This document shows, piece by piece, positions 22,887-34,199 of a stretch of DNA of 64,000 nt. The DNA is from Cyanobacteria bacterium P01_D01_bin.156 (GTDB lineage Bacteria > Cyanobacteriota > Cyanobacteriia > Phormidesmidales > Phormidesmidaceae). Made by a program: the position numbers and the translations under genes. The notes beneath the pieces were generated by a model that saw nothing but the letters and a program-made list of their open reading frames with translations, made no database searches and had not been told where the DNA came from. The DNA is taken from contig JBCCQQ010000022.1 of NCBI GenBank assembly GCA_039024555.1, positions 20,015 to 84,014 of the forward strand. The letters run 5' to 3'. Positions within the stretch are counted from its first letter, which is position 1, and every line of letters begins with the position of its first letter.

Positions 22887-23121
22887 ATCTAGAGCATTGC
22901 ATTAGATAACCATGTTCATAGTATAAAAACTCTCTTTGCGTTCTAACCTAGAAAAGCTCCACCATATCCAAGGGAAAAGCTAACGGTTCTCAACTAAACC
23001 TTGGCCACGTCCAGAAATGTGGGTTTTCCGGCAGGAAAGCTACAGATTTTAACTTGGACGCGGTTTAGAACTTAAAATTTTGGATGTGGCTGATGTTTAC
23101 CTACCCCGAGATAGAACGTCC

Positions 23122-24660
23122 ATGACACGCTTAGCGCTGCTTAGTGCATCTGACAAAACCGGTATTGTTGACCTAGCGAAGGTTCTAACCACAGAATTTG
23201 ACTTTGATATCATCAGCAGTGGCGGTACCGCTCGCACCCTTACAGAAGCAGGTATTCCCGTCACTAAAGTATCCGAATACACGGGCTTTCCTGAAATCCT
23301 TGGCGGTCGGGTCAAAACGCTGCAGCCCCGTATCCATGGGGGGCTACTAGCTCGTACTGATAATGCAGACGACCAAAAGGACCTAGCTGACAACGACATT
23401 CGGCCCATAGATTTGGTTGTGGTTAATCTATATCCCTTTGAGCAAACCATCGCTAAACCCGCTGCCACGCTCACTGATGCCATCGAAAATATCGACATTG
23501 GTGGCCCCACCATGCTGAGGTCCGCGGCTAAAAACCACGCCTATGTGACCGTACTGTGTAATCCAGCTCAGTACGACGGTTACCTAAATGAACTCCGCAA
23601 TAGCGGACCCTCTCTCGAATTTCGTGCTGCCTGCGCGCGTCAGGTGTTTTGGCATACTGCTATCTACGATCAGGCCATCGCCACCTATCTGACTGAGCAA
23701 GCTGAAGAAGCCACCAGTGAGCGTTTTGCCCTCGGTGGGACCCAAAAACAACCCCTACGCTATGGTGAAAACCCCCATCAGCCTGCAGTGTGGTACCAAA
23801 CAGGGAGTTTAGCGACTGGATGGGCCGCAGCAGAAAAACTGCAGGGTAAAGATCTAAGCTACAACAACCTTGTGGATCTAGAAGCAGCTCGTCGAATCAT
23901 TGCAGAGTTTCCCAGTGAAAATGGCCCTGCTGCTGCTGTCCTGAAACACACCAATCCCTGTGGTGTGGCTATTGGCCAGTCCATGGCGTCCACCTACAGA
24001 CGAGCATTTGAGGCGGATAACATATCTGCTTTTGGAGGTATTGTGGCGCTCAATCAAACGATTGATGTGGAAACCGCTGAGTCTTTGACTCAAACATTTT
24101 TGGAGTGTGTGGTTGCTCCTGGATGTGCGACCGAGGCACGGGACATATTGGCTAAAAAGAAAAATTTACGGGTGTTAGTGCTACCTGATTTACTCAGTGG
24201 ACCTAATCAGACAGTACGTGCGATCGCAGGGGGGTTTCTGACCCAAACATCCGACGATTTTCAAGAAGATATTAGCCAGTGGAAAATCGTAACCGAACGT
24301 CAACCAAACGAAGCTGAACTCACAGAAATGCTATTTGCCTGGCGCGTTGCCAAACATGTGAAATCCAATGCCATTGTGGTCACCAATGAAAGCACTACGG
24401 TAGGCATCGGTGCCGGACAGATGAACCGAGTAGGGGCCGCCAAGATTGCCCTGGAACAAGCTGCAGAAAAAGCTATGGGCGCCACCCTAGCCAGCGACGG
24501 ATTCTTTCCCTTTGATGACTCAGTACGCACAGCTGCTGCTTCGGGCATTAAGGCTATTGTGCAGCCAGGGGGAAGTATTCGGGACGAGGAATCTATCAAA
24601 GCAGCCAACGAACTAGGAATCGTGATGGCCTTTACCGGAACACGCCACTTCCTACATTAA
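23122..24660 (+). CDS. purH: Bifunctional AICAR transformylase/IMP cyclohydrolase
   Basis: GGRVKTL, IDIGGP, LRYGENPHQ, KHTNPCG, KHVKSNAI, ASDGFFPF, TGTRHFLH. Confidence 0.97.
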   Translation: MTRLALLSASDKTGIVDLAKVLTTEFDFDIISSGGTARTLTEAGIPVTKVSEYTGFPEILGGRVKTLQPRIHGGLLARTDNADDQKDLADNDIRPIDLVVVNLYPFEQTIAKPAATLTDAIENIDIGGPTMLRSAAKNHAYVTVLCNPAQYDGYLNELRNSGPSLEFRAACARQVFWHTAIYDQAIATYLTEQAEEATSERFALGGTQKQPLRYGENPHQPAVWYQTGSLATGWAAAEKLQGKDLSYNNLVDLEAARRIIAEFPSENGPAAAVLKHTNPCGVAIGQSMASTYRRAFEADNISAFGGIVALNQTIDVETAESLTQTFLECVVAPGCATEARDILAKKKNLRVLVLPDLLSGPNQTVRAIAGGFLTQTSDDFQEDISQWKIVTERQPNEAELTEMLFAWRVAKHVKSNAIVVTNESTTVGIGAGQMNRVGAAKIALEQAAEKAMGATLASDGFFPFDDSVRTAAASGIKAIVQPGGSIRDEESIKAANELGIVMAFTGTRHFLH

Positions 24661-24696
24661 CCCCATTTATCCCCCCTGAAGGGGGGGATGAGGGGA
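24661..24696. terminator. GC-rich hairpin between convergent purH and ndhV
   Basis: ATCCCCCC-TGAAG-GGGGGGAT with flanking CCCC/GGGG. Confidence 0.55.
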
Positions 24697-25167
24697 TCAA
24701 TTACCTTTCAGCCACTTTTGACCTTTCAGACGTTGCAAGACATAAAGCACCATGAGGTCTAATGTAATGCGACGTTCATCTCCCATAAACTGCTCAATCG
24801 TACTGGGGGGTGCCCCATCAGTTGCAAAGGAATAGATTTTAGGACCGCTAATACTTTCTTCTAAAAAAGCGATATTAAACTGACGATTCCCTTCAGCCCA
24901 ACGTCCAATCACTTGAGGATAGGTGTCTTTATCAACACCAATCACGTTGATGGGTTGAGTCTCAAAAGAAATCTGAATGTCATTCAGACCATCCTCTTTT
25001 TCTAGAGCCGTTTTTACAGCGGGGACAAAATGCTGTTCGATAAATTCAGCAAACGGTTTATCTTCTAACTTGGGCGGTTTGGCCTTTTTAGCTTTTGCAG
25101 GGGCCTTAGCTGGCGCTTTATCAGCGGACTTTGCCGCAGGGGCCTTAGGAGTCGACTCGTCTGCCAT
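24697..25167 (-). CDS. ndhV: NDH-1 complex subunit V (DUF2996)
   Basis: Ala/Lys/Pro-rich N-terminus, KPPKLEDKPF.EFI, F..DE.RITL.L.V...LQRL.GQKWL. Confidence 0.85.
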   Translation of the reverse strand: MADESTPKAPAAKSADKAPAKAPAKAKKAKPPKLEDKPFAEFIEQHFVPAVKTALEKEDGLNDIQISFETQPINVIGVDKDTYPQVIGRWAEGNRQFNIAFLEESISGPKIYSFATDGAPPSTIEQFMGDERRITLDLMVLYVLQRLKGQKWLKGN

Positions 25168-25378
25168 GCTTTTGTCTACTTAAACAGTTGAGTTTGAAGC
25201 ATACAACACACTTCAAACCAGGTCTTTCCCATATTAGTAAACCTTGCTCCCATCCAGAACTGTAGTTTTTCTATAAGGCCCGTTTAAGGCGATTTCTTTA
25301 AAGCCATCAGACAAACTCCCCAGGGATCTTACATATCCCAGGGAGTGTATGCTTTGAAAGAGCAAATGGTAACGATTG

Positions 25379-26443
25379 TTAAGACATAACGCCTGCAATA
25401 GCTGCCCGTACGGTAGCAGTATCGGTCTGCTGACTAATTGGAGTCAGACCGATGGCGTCTAGATCGGCATCTACCATCAGTTGCACTAACCCTGGAAAAT
25501 TAATAGACGGCTCCCAGCCGAGCTTTTGTTGCGTGTTGGTGGGGTCACCAATCAGGATATCAACTTCAGCGGGACGCAGATAGCGGGGGTCAAACTTCAC
25601 ATAGTCATGCCAATCTAAGTTGACATAGCTAAAGGCAATGTCTAGAAACTCTTTAATGGTGTGGGTCTCTCCCGTAGCTACCACATAGTCCCCAGGCTCA
25701 TCCTGCTGTAGCATCAACCACATTGCCCGCACATAGTCCTTGGCGTAGCCCCAATCACGCTTGGAGTCCAAGTTTCCAAGGTATAGCTCCTTTTGTTGAC
25801 CTGCCACAATTCGGGCCACAGCGCGGGTAATCTTACGGGTGACAAAGGTTTCGCCCCGGCGAGGGGACTCATGGTTAAACAAAATGCCATTACAGGCAAA
25901 CATGCCATAGGACTCACGATAGTTAACCGTTTGCCAATGGGCATAGACCTTAGCACAGGCATAGGGGCTGCGGGGATAGAACGGCGTGGTCTCTGTTTGG
26001 GGAATTTGCTGGACTTTTCCAAACATTTCAGAGGAACCCGCTTGGTAGAAACGCACTTCCTTATCAGTCCGCTGTTGGTAATCGCGGATAGCTTCCATCA
26101 ACCGTAATGCGCCCATTGCCACTGTATCCACAGTGTATTCAGGAGAATCAAAGCTAACGCGCACATGGGACTGAGCACCCAGGTTATACACTTCACTGGG
26201 CTCTACCTGCTCTAGAATGCGACGTAGCATAGTGCCGTCATTGAGGTCCCCATAGTGGAGAAACAGGCGAGCATCTTCGCTGTGGGGGTCCACATAAATG
26301 TGATCAATACGATCCGTGTTAAATGTGGACGTACGCCGAATGATGCCATGAACTTCATAGCCTTTTTCGAGTAAAAGTTCTGCCAGATAGGAGCCATCTT
26401 GGCCGGTGATACCTGTAATGAGTGCACGCTTGATTTGCGTCAT
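25379..26443 (-). CDS. gmd: GDP-mannose 4,6-dehydratase
   Basis: [47 protein letters not shown]. Confidence 0.97.
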   Translation of the reverse strand: MTQIKRALITGITGQDGSYLAELLLEKGYEVHGIIRRTSTFNTDRIDHIYVDPHSEDARLFLHYGDLNDGTMLRRILEQVEPSEVYNLGAQSHVRVSFDSPEYTVDTVAMGALRLMEAIRDYQQRTDKEVRFYQAGSSEMFGKVQQIPQTETTPFYPRSPYACAKVYAHWQTVNYRESYGMFACNGILFNHESPRRGETFVTRKITRAVARIVAGQQKELYLGNLDSKRDWGYAKDYVRAMWLMLQQDEPGDYVVATGETHTIKEFLDIAFSYVNLDWHDYVKFDPRYLRPAEVDILIGDPTNTQQKLGWEPSINFPGLVQLMVDADLDAIGLTPISQQTDTATVRAAIAGVMS

Positions 26444-26717
26444 AGAGTATATTTCCTTATTACGAAGTTCAAAGCTCAAGATGGCGTTCTGCCATAGGTT
26501 TCTGCCAAGCAGAAAGTTTGGCACCATCGGTAACTGTGGAATGCAACAAGAGAGGAAATCGTTCAATGGTTTAAGCATCGAACAACCAACATCATTCCTA
26601 GGAGCAACTCCAATTGTCTGTGAGCCCATTGATTTAGCGATGGATGTTGAGGCTCTATGGTTTCAATAAATATTAGTATGAATAGCTTAGCTGCTAGGCC
26701 ACGAAGATGCCCAACTA

Positions 26718-26996
26718 TTATGCCCTTCGGTCGCGTTCAATATCGTAAATAGCTTTTTCCCAACACCATTGCTCTGAGCGATCAGGATTTTGCGATCGCA
26801 CCCGCTCCACTAGGCGAGCCGCCACGGCCTGGTTACCATTAACTAATCGCATCAGCCGCTGTCGTGTAGAACGGGGAACCCCAGCTGTTCCGGTGGGCAA
26901 AGACGGGACTCCAAAGCGAATCGGTAATCGATAGCCGGTCAGCCAGCAAAAAACTGCCACCACCAGCACCACCGCAAAGATGACTGAAAAGGACAT
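26718..26996 (-). CDS. Small membrane-anchored hypothetical protein
   Basis: N-terminal TM helix; C-terminal A.RL...P.RSEQW.WEKAIYD.ERDR motif seen in cyanobacterial hypotheticals. Confidence 0.75.
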   Translation of the reverse strand: MSFSVIFAVVLVVAVFCWLTGYRLPIRFGVPSLPTGTAGVPRSTRQRLMRLVNGNQAVAARLVERVRSQNPDRSEQWCWEKAIYDIERDRRA

Positions 26997-27029
26997 GTTC
27001 GATTTCCCCCACGTTCTACCCTAGCTCAT

Positions 27030-27608
27030 ATGAACCCAGTCACCCGCGATAGTCAGTTAGTTCTAGATTTTTGGTTTGGCTCACCTGCTGGTGACTATCG
27101 CAAAGAATGGTTTCGAAAAGATCCTGACTTTGATACTCAGATCAAGGAGCAATTTTTAGACCTGTATTGGGCTATGGTAGCGTCCTCGCCCGAAAGCTGG
27201 TGGTCAACGGCAAAATCTAGCCTAGCTAGGATTATTGTGCTGGATCAGTTTTCCCGCAATATGTTTCGCGGTACCCCCCAAAGCTTTGCAACCGATTCTC
27301 TAGCCCTAGCCACAGCAAAGGTCATGCTGCAAAAGGGATACGATGCCGCCTGCTTACCTGTCGAGAAGTTTTTTATCTATTTGCCATTCGAGCATAGTGA
27401 AAACATGGAAAACCAAAATCGCTCGGTAGAACTGTTTGAGCAATTGATACAGACAGCTCCCGATTTACACTCTGGCCTGGACTATGCGCGACGTCATCGA
27501 GCGGTGATCGCCCAATTTGGACGGTTCCCCCACCGCAATGAAATTTTGGCACGTGCCAGTACCCCAGCAGAACTGGAGTTTCTCCAAAAACCAGGCTCAA
27601 AGTTTTAA
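27030..27608 (+). CDS. DUF924 family protein
   Basis: LDFWF, WF.K...FD, LDQFSRNMFR, YLPFEHSE, FGRFPHRN. Confidence 0.92.
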   Translation: MNPVTRDSQLVLDFWFGSPAGDYRKEWFRKDPDFDTQIKEQFLDLYWAMVASSPESWWSTAKSSLARIIVLDQFSRNMFRGTPQSFATDSLALATAKVMLQKGYDAACLPVEKFFIYLPFEHSENMENQNRSVELFEQLIQTAPDLHSGLDYARRHRAVIAQFGRFPHRNEILARASTPAELEFLQKPGSKF

Positions 27609-27695
27609 GCCCCTACATTGATATTTTCGCAGGCAAATGCATAGCCTGAGGGCACAACGGGTAACCACTTAGATCCCAAAATTTTGACTGTGGCT

Positions 27696-27760
27696 GAGTT
27701 TTGAAATTCGGAGTTCGAAACGCTCCTCTTTCCGAACTCCGAATTCAAAATTCCGAACTC
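27696..27760. repeat. Inverted block of heptamer (STRR-like) repeats
   Basis: GAGTTTTGAAATTCGGAGTTCGAAA...TTTCCGAACTCCGAATTCAAAATTCCGAACTC; TCCGAA[C/T] units on both arms. Confidence 0.7.
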
Positions 27761-27826
27761 CATCCAAATACCTTGAAAAATCGCTGTGCTTTACATTATT
27801 GTCCGAACAAATCCACAGTGGCTGCC

Positions 27827-28237
27827 CTAAACAGGTTTTTCGTATTCGATTTCCACCGTAGTATGCACGTTGCCTCGCGGTTGAAAATCACCTTTGATTT
27901 GGAACTTGAGCGGATCAGCCGCGGCAATAAAGTCATCCATGATTTGGTTGATGGACTCTTCATGGGAAATGTAGCGATCGCGATAGCCGTTTATGTATAG
28001 CTTAATCGCCTTTAGCTCGACTACTTTTTCATTGGGACTGTAAGTAATGTGAATGGTCGCAAAGTCAGGATAGCCGGAGAATGGGCATTTACAGGTAAAT
28101 TCCGGCAGCGAAATGTTGACGTCATACAATCGACCAGGTCGAGGGTTAGGAAACGTAATTAACTCATTTTCTGTAATGGCGCGTTCGCCATACTTGACAT
28201 CAGTAGGAGTATCTGTGGGGAGTGGGGTATTGGCCAT
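27827..28237 (-). CDS. queF: NADPH-dependent 7-cyano-7-deazaguanine reductase (preQ1 synthase)
   Basis: PEFTCKCPFSGYPDFA, VELKAIKLY, ISHE, PRGN. Confidence 0.96.
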   Translation of the reverse strand: MANTPLPTDTPTDVKYGERAITENELITFPNPRPGRLYDVNISLPEFTCKCPFSGYPDFATIHITYSPNEKVVELKAIKLYINGYRDRYISHEESINQIMDDFIAAADPLKFQIKGDFQPRGNVHTTVEIEYEKPV

Positions 28238-28634
28238 GGGTGTAGAAAATTTGAAAACTGACAGTTGATGAAATTACGCTGGTGATTCTAGAGAAAAGGG
28301 GATACAACTAAGCTTGCGTCAAGATTTATGCATTTCGCTAGTAGACAGGGTATTTCTACTAAGAGAGCTAATGTAGCAAAATGCCTCGGACAATCAAACC
28401 CTTGAGCCCTCCAGTAGCTCAACAGGACTCCACCCAGCGAACAAAATCAGCTCAAGGACTTGACGAATTGCGATGGTGTTGCTCTAATTTGAACGGCCTG
28501 GGAAAGGCCATACCTACCCTGGCATGACTGATTAATGGATAAAGCTATCTGGCCAAACCTCTAGCAGTTGGGACCTGGATAGATAACAAAGTTCCCGCAG
28601 ATCGGTAGCATCCGTCTTAATTTTTTGGAGATTT

Positions 28635-29210
28635 TTGGACCTACTTATGAATCCTTCTCACAAGTTTGACTCAGCAAGAAACCAAGTGAGATCAGAAATC
28701 GGCTATTCCTCTTCGGTTCCTGTTTCAGTCTATCGCGAGCTCGCGGCTGAACTGCAGGCAACGAAAGCAATGGTGGATTCACTGAGCAACCAGAACAATC
28801 ATCTCCAGCAGCAAAACTATCTTCTACGGCAAAACATTCACCAAATGGTGCAAGTGGCTCTACAACTTGGTCACCACGCGGGCGTGGCTCATCCTGCCGA
28901 AGCAGAAATGACCTATTCTGCTCATCCTACAGAACTCCATGAGTACCATGCTCCCATAGAGCAGCAGCTGCATTCTCCAGAACCCATACAACCATCTGAA
29001 GCGGAGCTAGCGCTGCCACAGAAACCCCGCAAAGCAGAAATTTCTAAGTTGGTTACGGAACAGTCAGGAGAACATCGACGCTACAGCTTGGAATCATCTG
29101 CTAGCGGTAGCATGAGCACCCTATGGTTAATTGTTTCCATCGCCGTTATTATCTTCACGGCTTTTGGTGCTGGCTTTTTGATTATGCGGCCCTTAATTAG
29201 CGATCGCTAG
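28635..29210 (+). CDS. Hypothetical coiled-coil protein with C-terminal TM helix
   Basis: SVPVSVYRELAAELQAT coiled coil and hydrophobic C-terminus AFGAGFLIMRP. Confidence 0.75.
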   Translation: MDLLMNPSHKFDSARNQVRSEIGYSSSVPVSVYRELAAELQATKAMVDSLSNQNNHLQQQNYLLRQNIHQMVQVALQLGHHAGVAHPAEAEMTYSAHPTELHEYHAPIEQQLHSPEPIQPSEAELALPQKPRKAEISKLVTEQSGEHRRYSLESSASGSMSTLWLIVSIAVIIFTAFGAGFLIMRPLISDR

Positions 29211-29311
29211 ATTCTTCCACTCACACCACTTTTATTACGCCTCAAGGGTTTGTAGGTGGTGTTTGGGATAGCTCAGGTTCTACTCTAAAATTGAATTGCA
29301 AAAGGTACTCC

Positions 29312-29325
29312 GTATCGATTGATAC
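29312..29325 (+). promoter_or_regulatory. NtcA binding site upstream of glnB
   Basis: GTA-TCGATTGA-TAC, an exact GTAN8TAC, about 90 nt upstream of glnB, a known NtcA target. Confidence 0.8.
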
Positions 29326-29406
29326 GGTGAGAGGCACACTTAACTCGCTAAACCTTGATATCGTGGTCCAGTTATCCAAATTGGCCCGATGTGTGTGGAG
29401 CTATAG

Positions 29407-29750
<344 letters not shown>

Positions 29751-29751
<1 letters not shown>

Positions 29752-31010
29752 TGTCATCTGACAAGTTGTCAATTGACGATTTTTTGGGGGCCTACGGTCG
29801 CTTTGGCGTCAACCTGGGACTGTCTCGCATTCAGGCATTGCTAGAGCGTTTAGGTTCCCCTCACTTGCAAGTTCCCATCGTTCATGTAGCTGGCACCAAT
29901 GGCAAAGGTTCTGTCTGTGCCTACTTGGCTTCAGTACTATCTGCAGCTGGTTATCGGGTTGGACGATACACCTCCCCCCACTTACTTGATTGGAATGAAC
30001 GCATTTGCATCAATCAAGTGCCTATTGAACATAAACAGCTGTGGCACCACCTGCAGAATGTGGCCACAGCTATCGATGACACAATCGCTACACCTACTCA
30101 GTTTGAAGTCTTTACAGCCGTAGCCTGGTCATATTTTGCAGCCCAGGCAGTGGATGTGGCGGTTATCGAAGTGGGGTTAGGAGGTCGATTAGATGCCACC
30201 AATGTATGCCCTGAACCTTTGGTGACGGCGATTGTATCCCTCAGCCGTGAACATTGGCAGCAATTAGGCCCCACACTTGCAGATATTGCTCGCGAAAAAG
30301 CAGGGGTAATAAAGCCTAGCAGACCCTTGATAATTGGGCCTTTGCCCGCTGCGGCAGATGATGTTGTCCGTCAGCGAGCTAGGGAGTTGAATGCTCCTTT
30401 ACATGCAGTCACGCCAGCAATAGATGCAGATGCTGGGCAGTGGCGCAGTGGTCTAGATCGTCAGATCGATTATCGAGCCAGTCTCCTGGGAGATCATCAG
30501 CGTATAAATAGTGCTGTTGCGATCGCAATACTACAGCTTCTGCAGCAACAGGGGTGGAATATCCCCATCGATGCCATCCAACAGGGGATGGAGAAAACTC
30601 AATGGCTAGGGCGTTTACAGTGGCTCACATGGAACAAACAGCAGCTGCTAATTGACGGAGCCCACAATACCGCTGCGGCCCAAATGCTGCGGCGCTATGT
30701 GGACCAGCTACCCCAGCCTATAACCTGGCTCATGGGGATGCTGGCAACTAAAGACCATAGGGACATCTTCCAAGCACTGCTTAGGCCAGGCGACGCATTG
30801 CATCTTGTTCCAGTCAAAGGGCATCAAACAGCTGAACCAGCTGACCTAGCAGCCCTAGCCCAGGGTCTCTGTCCGGACCTAGCAAAGTGTTGCAACTATA
30901 AAACCCTTGAAGCAGGTCTGACGGCATTCAGCAAAGATAACGGAGAAACTAAAGTGCTGTGTGGGTCCTTGTATTTAATCGGAGACTTCTTATCTCACCA
31001 TCAGAATTAG
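29751..31010 (+). CDS. folC: Folylpolyglutamate/dihydrofolate synthase
   Basis: HVAGTNGKGS, YTSPHL, EVGLGGRLDATN, DGAHN, CGSLYLIG. Confidence 0.95.
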
Positions 31011-32287
31011 CGGTTATTCCATTCATCTGCGGCATCAGCAATGGCTTCATCCACAGATTTCTCTCCAAGCATGGCAGCTTGCAGATTGTCATAAATTGCT
31101 TTTTGCAACTGTTTCACATCTGCCAACGCCGGAATTAACACCTCAGCATCCCCTAACTGACTGGCACTGATAGCTCGGGCAACTTCAACAGGCGTAGCCT
31201 CTGCCGGGGCTTCGGCCAGCGTGCTATCCACAGCTGCCACAGTGGACGGCAACACATTTGCGGCTTGGGCAAAGGAGATTTGATTGTCGTTGTTGGTAAC
31301 ATACAGTGCAAACTTCACTGCCGCATCGGGCACATCTGTCGCTCGGGGCACCACCAAATTCATGGCAGCCACATTTTTTTTGCCGGTGTTGCCGGTAATT
31401 TGAGGGGCTGTTTGAGTGGCCGCTGCAATATCGGGTGCGTTGTTCGCAATGTTGTCTAGGGCTTCGGCCCCTGACGCAAGCAAAACGGTTTCTCCAGCCT
31501 GGTAGAGCTCAATGGCACGGCGATGGCCCTGGGTCAACACCTCGCGAGGCAACAGCTCTTGCTGGTAAAGGTCTGTCCAGTATTGAAAAACGGCTTTACC
31601 TGCAGATGTATTAAAGGCTGCATTGCCTTCACCATCGACCAGTGGCACCCCCATCTGAACAAACGACTGGAGAACATCAGCGGCATCTTCAGGAACAAAA
31701 CTGATGAAGAAGGCATACTTTCCAGTTTTCTCTTTGATTTGTTTCGCTGCGATCGCTAGCTCAGCATAGGTGCTAGGAGGCTCACTCAGACCAGCCGCCT
31801 CCAGCAGCTCGTTGTTAAACAACATCACTCGCGTAGTCAAATACCAGGGAAATCCAAAGCTTTCACCATTGAGTGTGGTTGCCTGCCAAATTTTTGGTAA
31901 GTACGTAGCCCGCTGTTCAGGACTCAATTTCTCATCCAACAGCAACCAAGCATTACGCCCCGCTAACTGGGAAGCAAAGTCAGGGTTTAAGTTGACAACA
32001 TCGGGGGCAGTGCCCGCAGAAACCGCCGTCAATATTTTGCTTTGCATATCAGCCCAGGGAATATCCACCCACACCACATCCACATCTGGATTCGCGGCTT
32101 CAAAATCAGCAATCAGCTGGTTGAAATAATCAGTGAACTTGGGCTGCAGCTGCATAGTCCAAAATTCCACTGCCTGTTTTCCAGATTGTTCGGTGCTGCC
32201 ACCACAGCCTGCCACAGCAAGCAACACCCCAGCAGCAGCCCAAGCCGCCATACGTGATAGAACATGCCGACGTTGAAACAGTTTCAT
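31007..32287 (-). CDS. Sugar-family ABC transporter substrate-binding lipoprotein
   Basis: Lipobox VAGC, FWTMQL, APDVVNLNP, FPWYL. Confidence 0.88.
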   Translation of the reverse strand: MKLFQRRHVLSRMAAWAAAGVLLAVAGCGGSTEQSGKQAVEFWTMQLQPKFTDYFNQLIADFEAANPDVDVVWVDIPWADMQSKILTAVSAGTAPDVVNLNPDFASQLAGRNAWLLLDEKLSPEQRATYLPKIWQATTLNGESFGFPWYLTTRVMLFNNELLEAAGLSEPPSTYAELAIAAKQIKEKTGKYAFFISFVPEDAADVLQSFVQMGVPLVDGEGNAAFNTSAGKAVFQYWTDLYQQELLPREVLTQGHRRAIELYQAGETVLLASGAEALDNIANNAPDIAAATQTAPQITGNTGKKNVAAMNLVVPRATDVPDAAVKFALYVTNNDNQISFAQAANVLPSTVAAVDSTLAEAPAEATPVEVARAISASQLGDAEVLIPALADVKQLQKAIYDNLQAAMLGEKSVDEAIADAADEWNNR

Positions 32288-32447
32288 GATGTTTTTTTGC
32301 AACCGAAGAGTATAGCTTTGCGACCCTAGTTCACCATATCAGTGTTCGCTGAACGCGCTCGCTCGCAATCGCTATGTTCAACCTAAGCGAATTGGGCATC
32401 TGATCGACCACCACGATGAAAGCCGTTCCAGCTCAAACCATAAAAAT

Positions 32448-33689
32448 TTAGTGCACCACAACTTTGTTGGCACAGTCTTTAGCCCGAGCACAGGCCTCTT
32501 CAACAGTTTCCCCTAAAGCAAGCGCCACCCCCATACGACGGTTTTTGTGGGCTCGAGGTTTACCAAACAACCGTAGTTTGCTGGTGGGCACAGTCAGCGC
32601 TTCAGGCACACCAGAAAAAGTGGGATTGTCGGTAGCTTCATGCGCCAGAATCACCGCAGAAGCCCCAGGTCTCACCTGCTCGATTTCACCGATGGGTAAT
32701 CCGGCAATGGCCCGCACATGCAGCTCAAACTCTGACATGTTTTGGCTCACCATGGTGACCATGCCAGTGTCGTGGGGACGAGGACTTACCTCGCTAAAGT
32801 ACACGGTTTGTTCCTGGCTGGGATCGCCTGCGATAAACAATTCCACACCAAATAGTCCCACACCGCCGAGGGCATCGGTTATGGCTCTCGCAATGTCCTG
32901 ACATTTTTCTAATGTCGTTGAATTGAGGGGACAGGGCTGCCAAGATTCACGATAATCTCCATTTTCTTGGCGATGCCCGATGGGGGGACAAAAATGGGTA
33001 GTGGGTTGAGCTGCGGGCAAGTCGGGATGGGACCGCACAGTCAGGAGAGTAATTTCGGTGTCAAATTCCACAAACCCTTCTACAATCACACGCTGATCTT
33101 TACCACGGCCAGCTTCAAAGGCATAGGTCCAAGCTTTATCCACATCAGCCTCAGTTTTAACCAAGCTTTGTCCCTTACCTGAGGAACTCATGACAGGCTT
33201 GACAACACAGGGCAGTCCAATCGAGGCAATAGCCGCTCGATACTCGGATTCTGTCGCAGCGAAACGATAGGGGGAGGTAGGTAAATTCAATTCTTCAGCC
33301 GCTAAGCGTCGAATACCTTCACGATCCATCGTCAGCCGTGTAGCCAGTGCCGTAGGTACCACGTTCCAGCCTGATTGCTCTAACTCGAGAAGCGTTTCTG
33401 TTGCCAGAGCTTCTACCTCTGGCACAATCAAATCCGGTTTTTCCTGCTCCACCAATTGCTTTAATGCCTGACCATCCAACATGCTCAAAACATGAGAACG
33501 ATGAGCGACCTGCATTGCCGGGGCATTGTCATAGCTATCCACCGCAATCACCTCAATGCCCAAACGCATCGCTTCTAGTGCAACTTCTCGCCCTAATTCA
33601 CCAGAACCCAACAGCAGCAGACGTTTGCCCTGAAGTGAAAGAGGTGTACCCCAAACCATATTCACCGATTTTTTTGCAATATTCACCAT
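32448..33689 (-). CDS. purT: Formate-dependent phosphoribosylglycinamide formyltransferase
   Basis: [52 protein letters not shown]. Confidence 0.96.
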   Translation of the reverse strand: MVNIAKKSVNMVWGTPLSLQGKRLLLLGSGELGREVALEAMRLGIEVIAVDSYDNAPAMQVAHRSHVLSMLDGQALKQLVEQEKPDLIVPEVEALATETLLELEQSGWNVVPTALATRLTMDREGIRRLAAEELNLPTSPYRFAATESEYRAAIASIGLPCVVKPVMSSSGKGQSLVKTEADVDKAWTYAFEAGRGKDQRVIVEGFVEFDTEITLLTVRSHPDLPAAQPTTHFCPPIGHRQENGDYRESWQPCPLNSTTLEKCQDIARAITDALGGVGLFGVELFIAGDPSQEQTVYFSEVSPRPHDTGMVTMVSQNMSEFELHVRAIAGLPIGEIEQVRPGASAVILAHEATDNPTFSGVPEALTVPTSKLRLFGKPRAHKNRRMGVALALGETVEEACARAKDCANKVVVH

Positions 33690-34199
33690 AGTTCTTCAAA
33701 AAAAACCAACTTTTTTTAGAAATCGTGTGATCAATTTAGCCAATTGAGTGTAATATCGCTCGTAAAAAATCACGTCGTCTTCCAAAGCCTCTCAAATGGC
33801 AAAGGAAGCATGCCTATCAATACTCGCACTCGCGTTTTTCACGGAATGAACTTCCCCATGGGATTAACAATCCGCAATGAAAGTTTTGAAAGTAACTTAG
33901 AGGCTGTTCCAAGTGGAGCGACCCAAAGTTGAAGAATACGTCATACCAATGGGGCTTCTCATTGTTGAACGTACGCTCAAAAAACAAGTTAGGAGATGTA
34001 CATTTTGTTTGCTTTTTAGGGCAGTATTGACACCAAACTCTGTGTTCTTTGGCAATCGCTAGCCATTCCTGCACAAATTGTGTACGATGCGTTAGCAAAA
34101 ATTAGCCCATGATTGTTGGGATGTACTCCAGCTCACCGTCAGGCTCTGCCCAGTCAACTTGCCTTCCAAAACCGGATAACATTGTGACCGGATAATGCT

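Noticed and set aside
28238..28340. preQ1 riboswitch upstream of queF
   Set aside because: No preQ1-I stem with GGTTC loop and A-rich tail on the minus strand.
33744..34098. Short ORFs between purT and pilM
   Set aside because: No motifs or RBS; this is the divergent promoter region.
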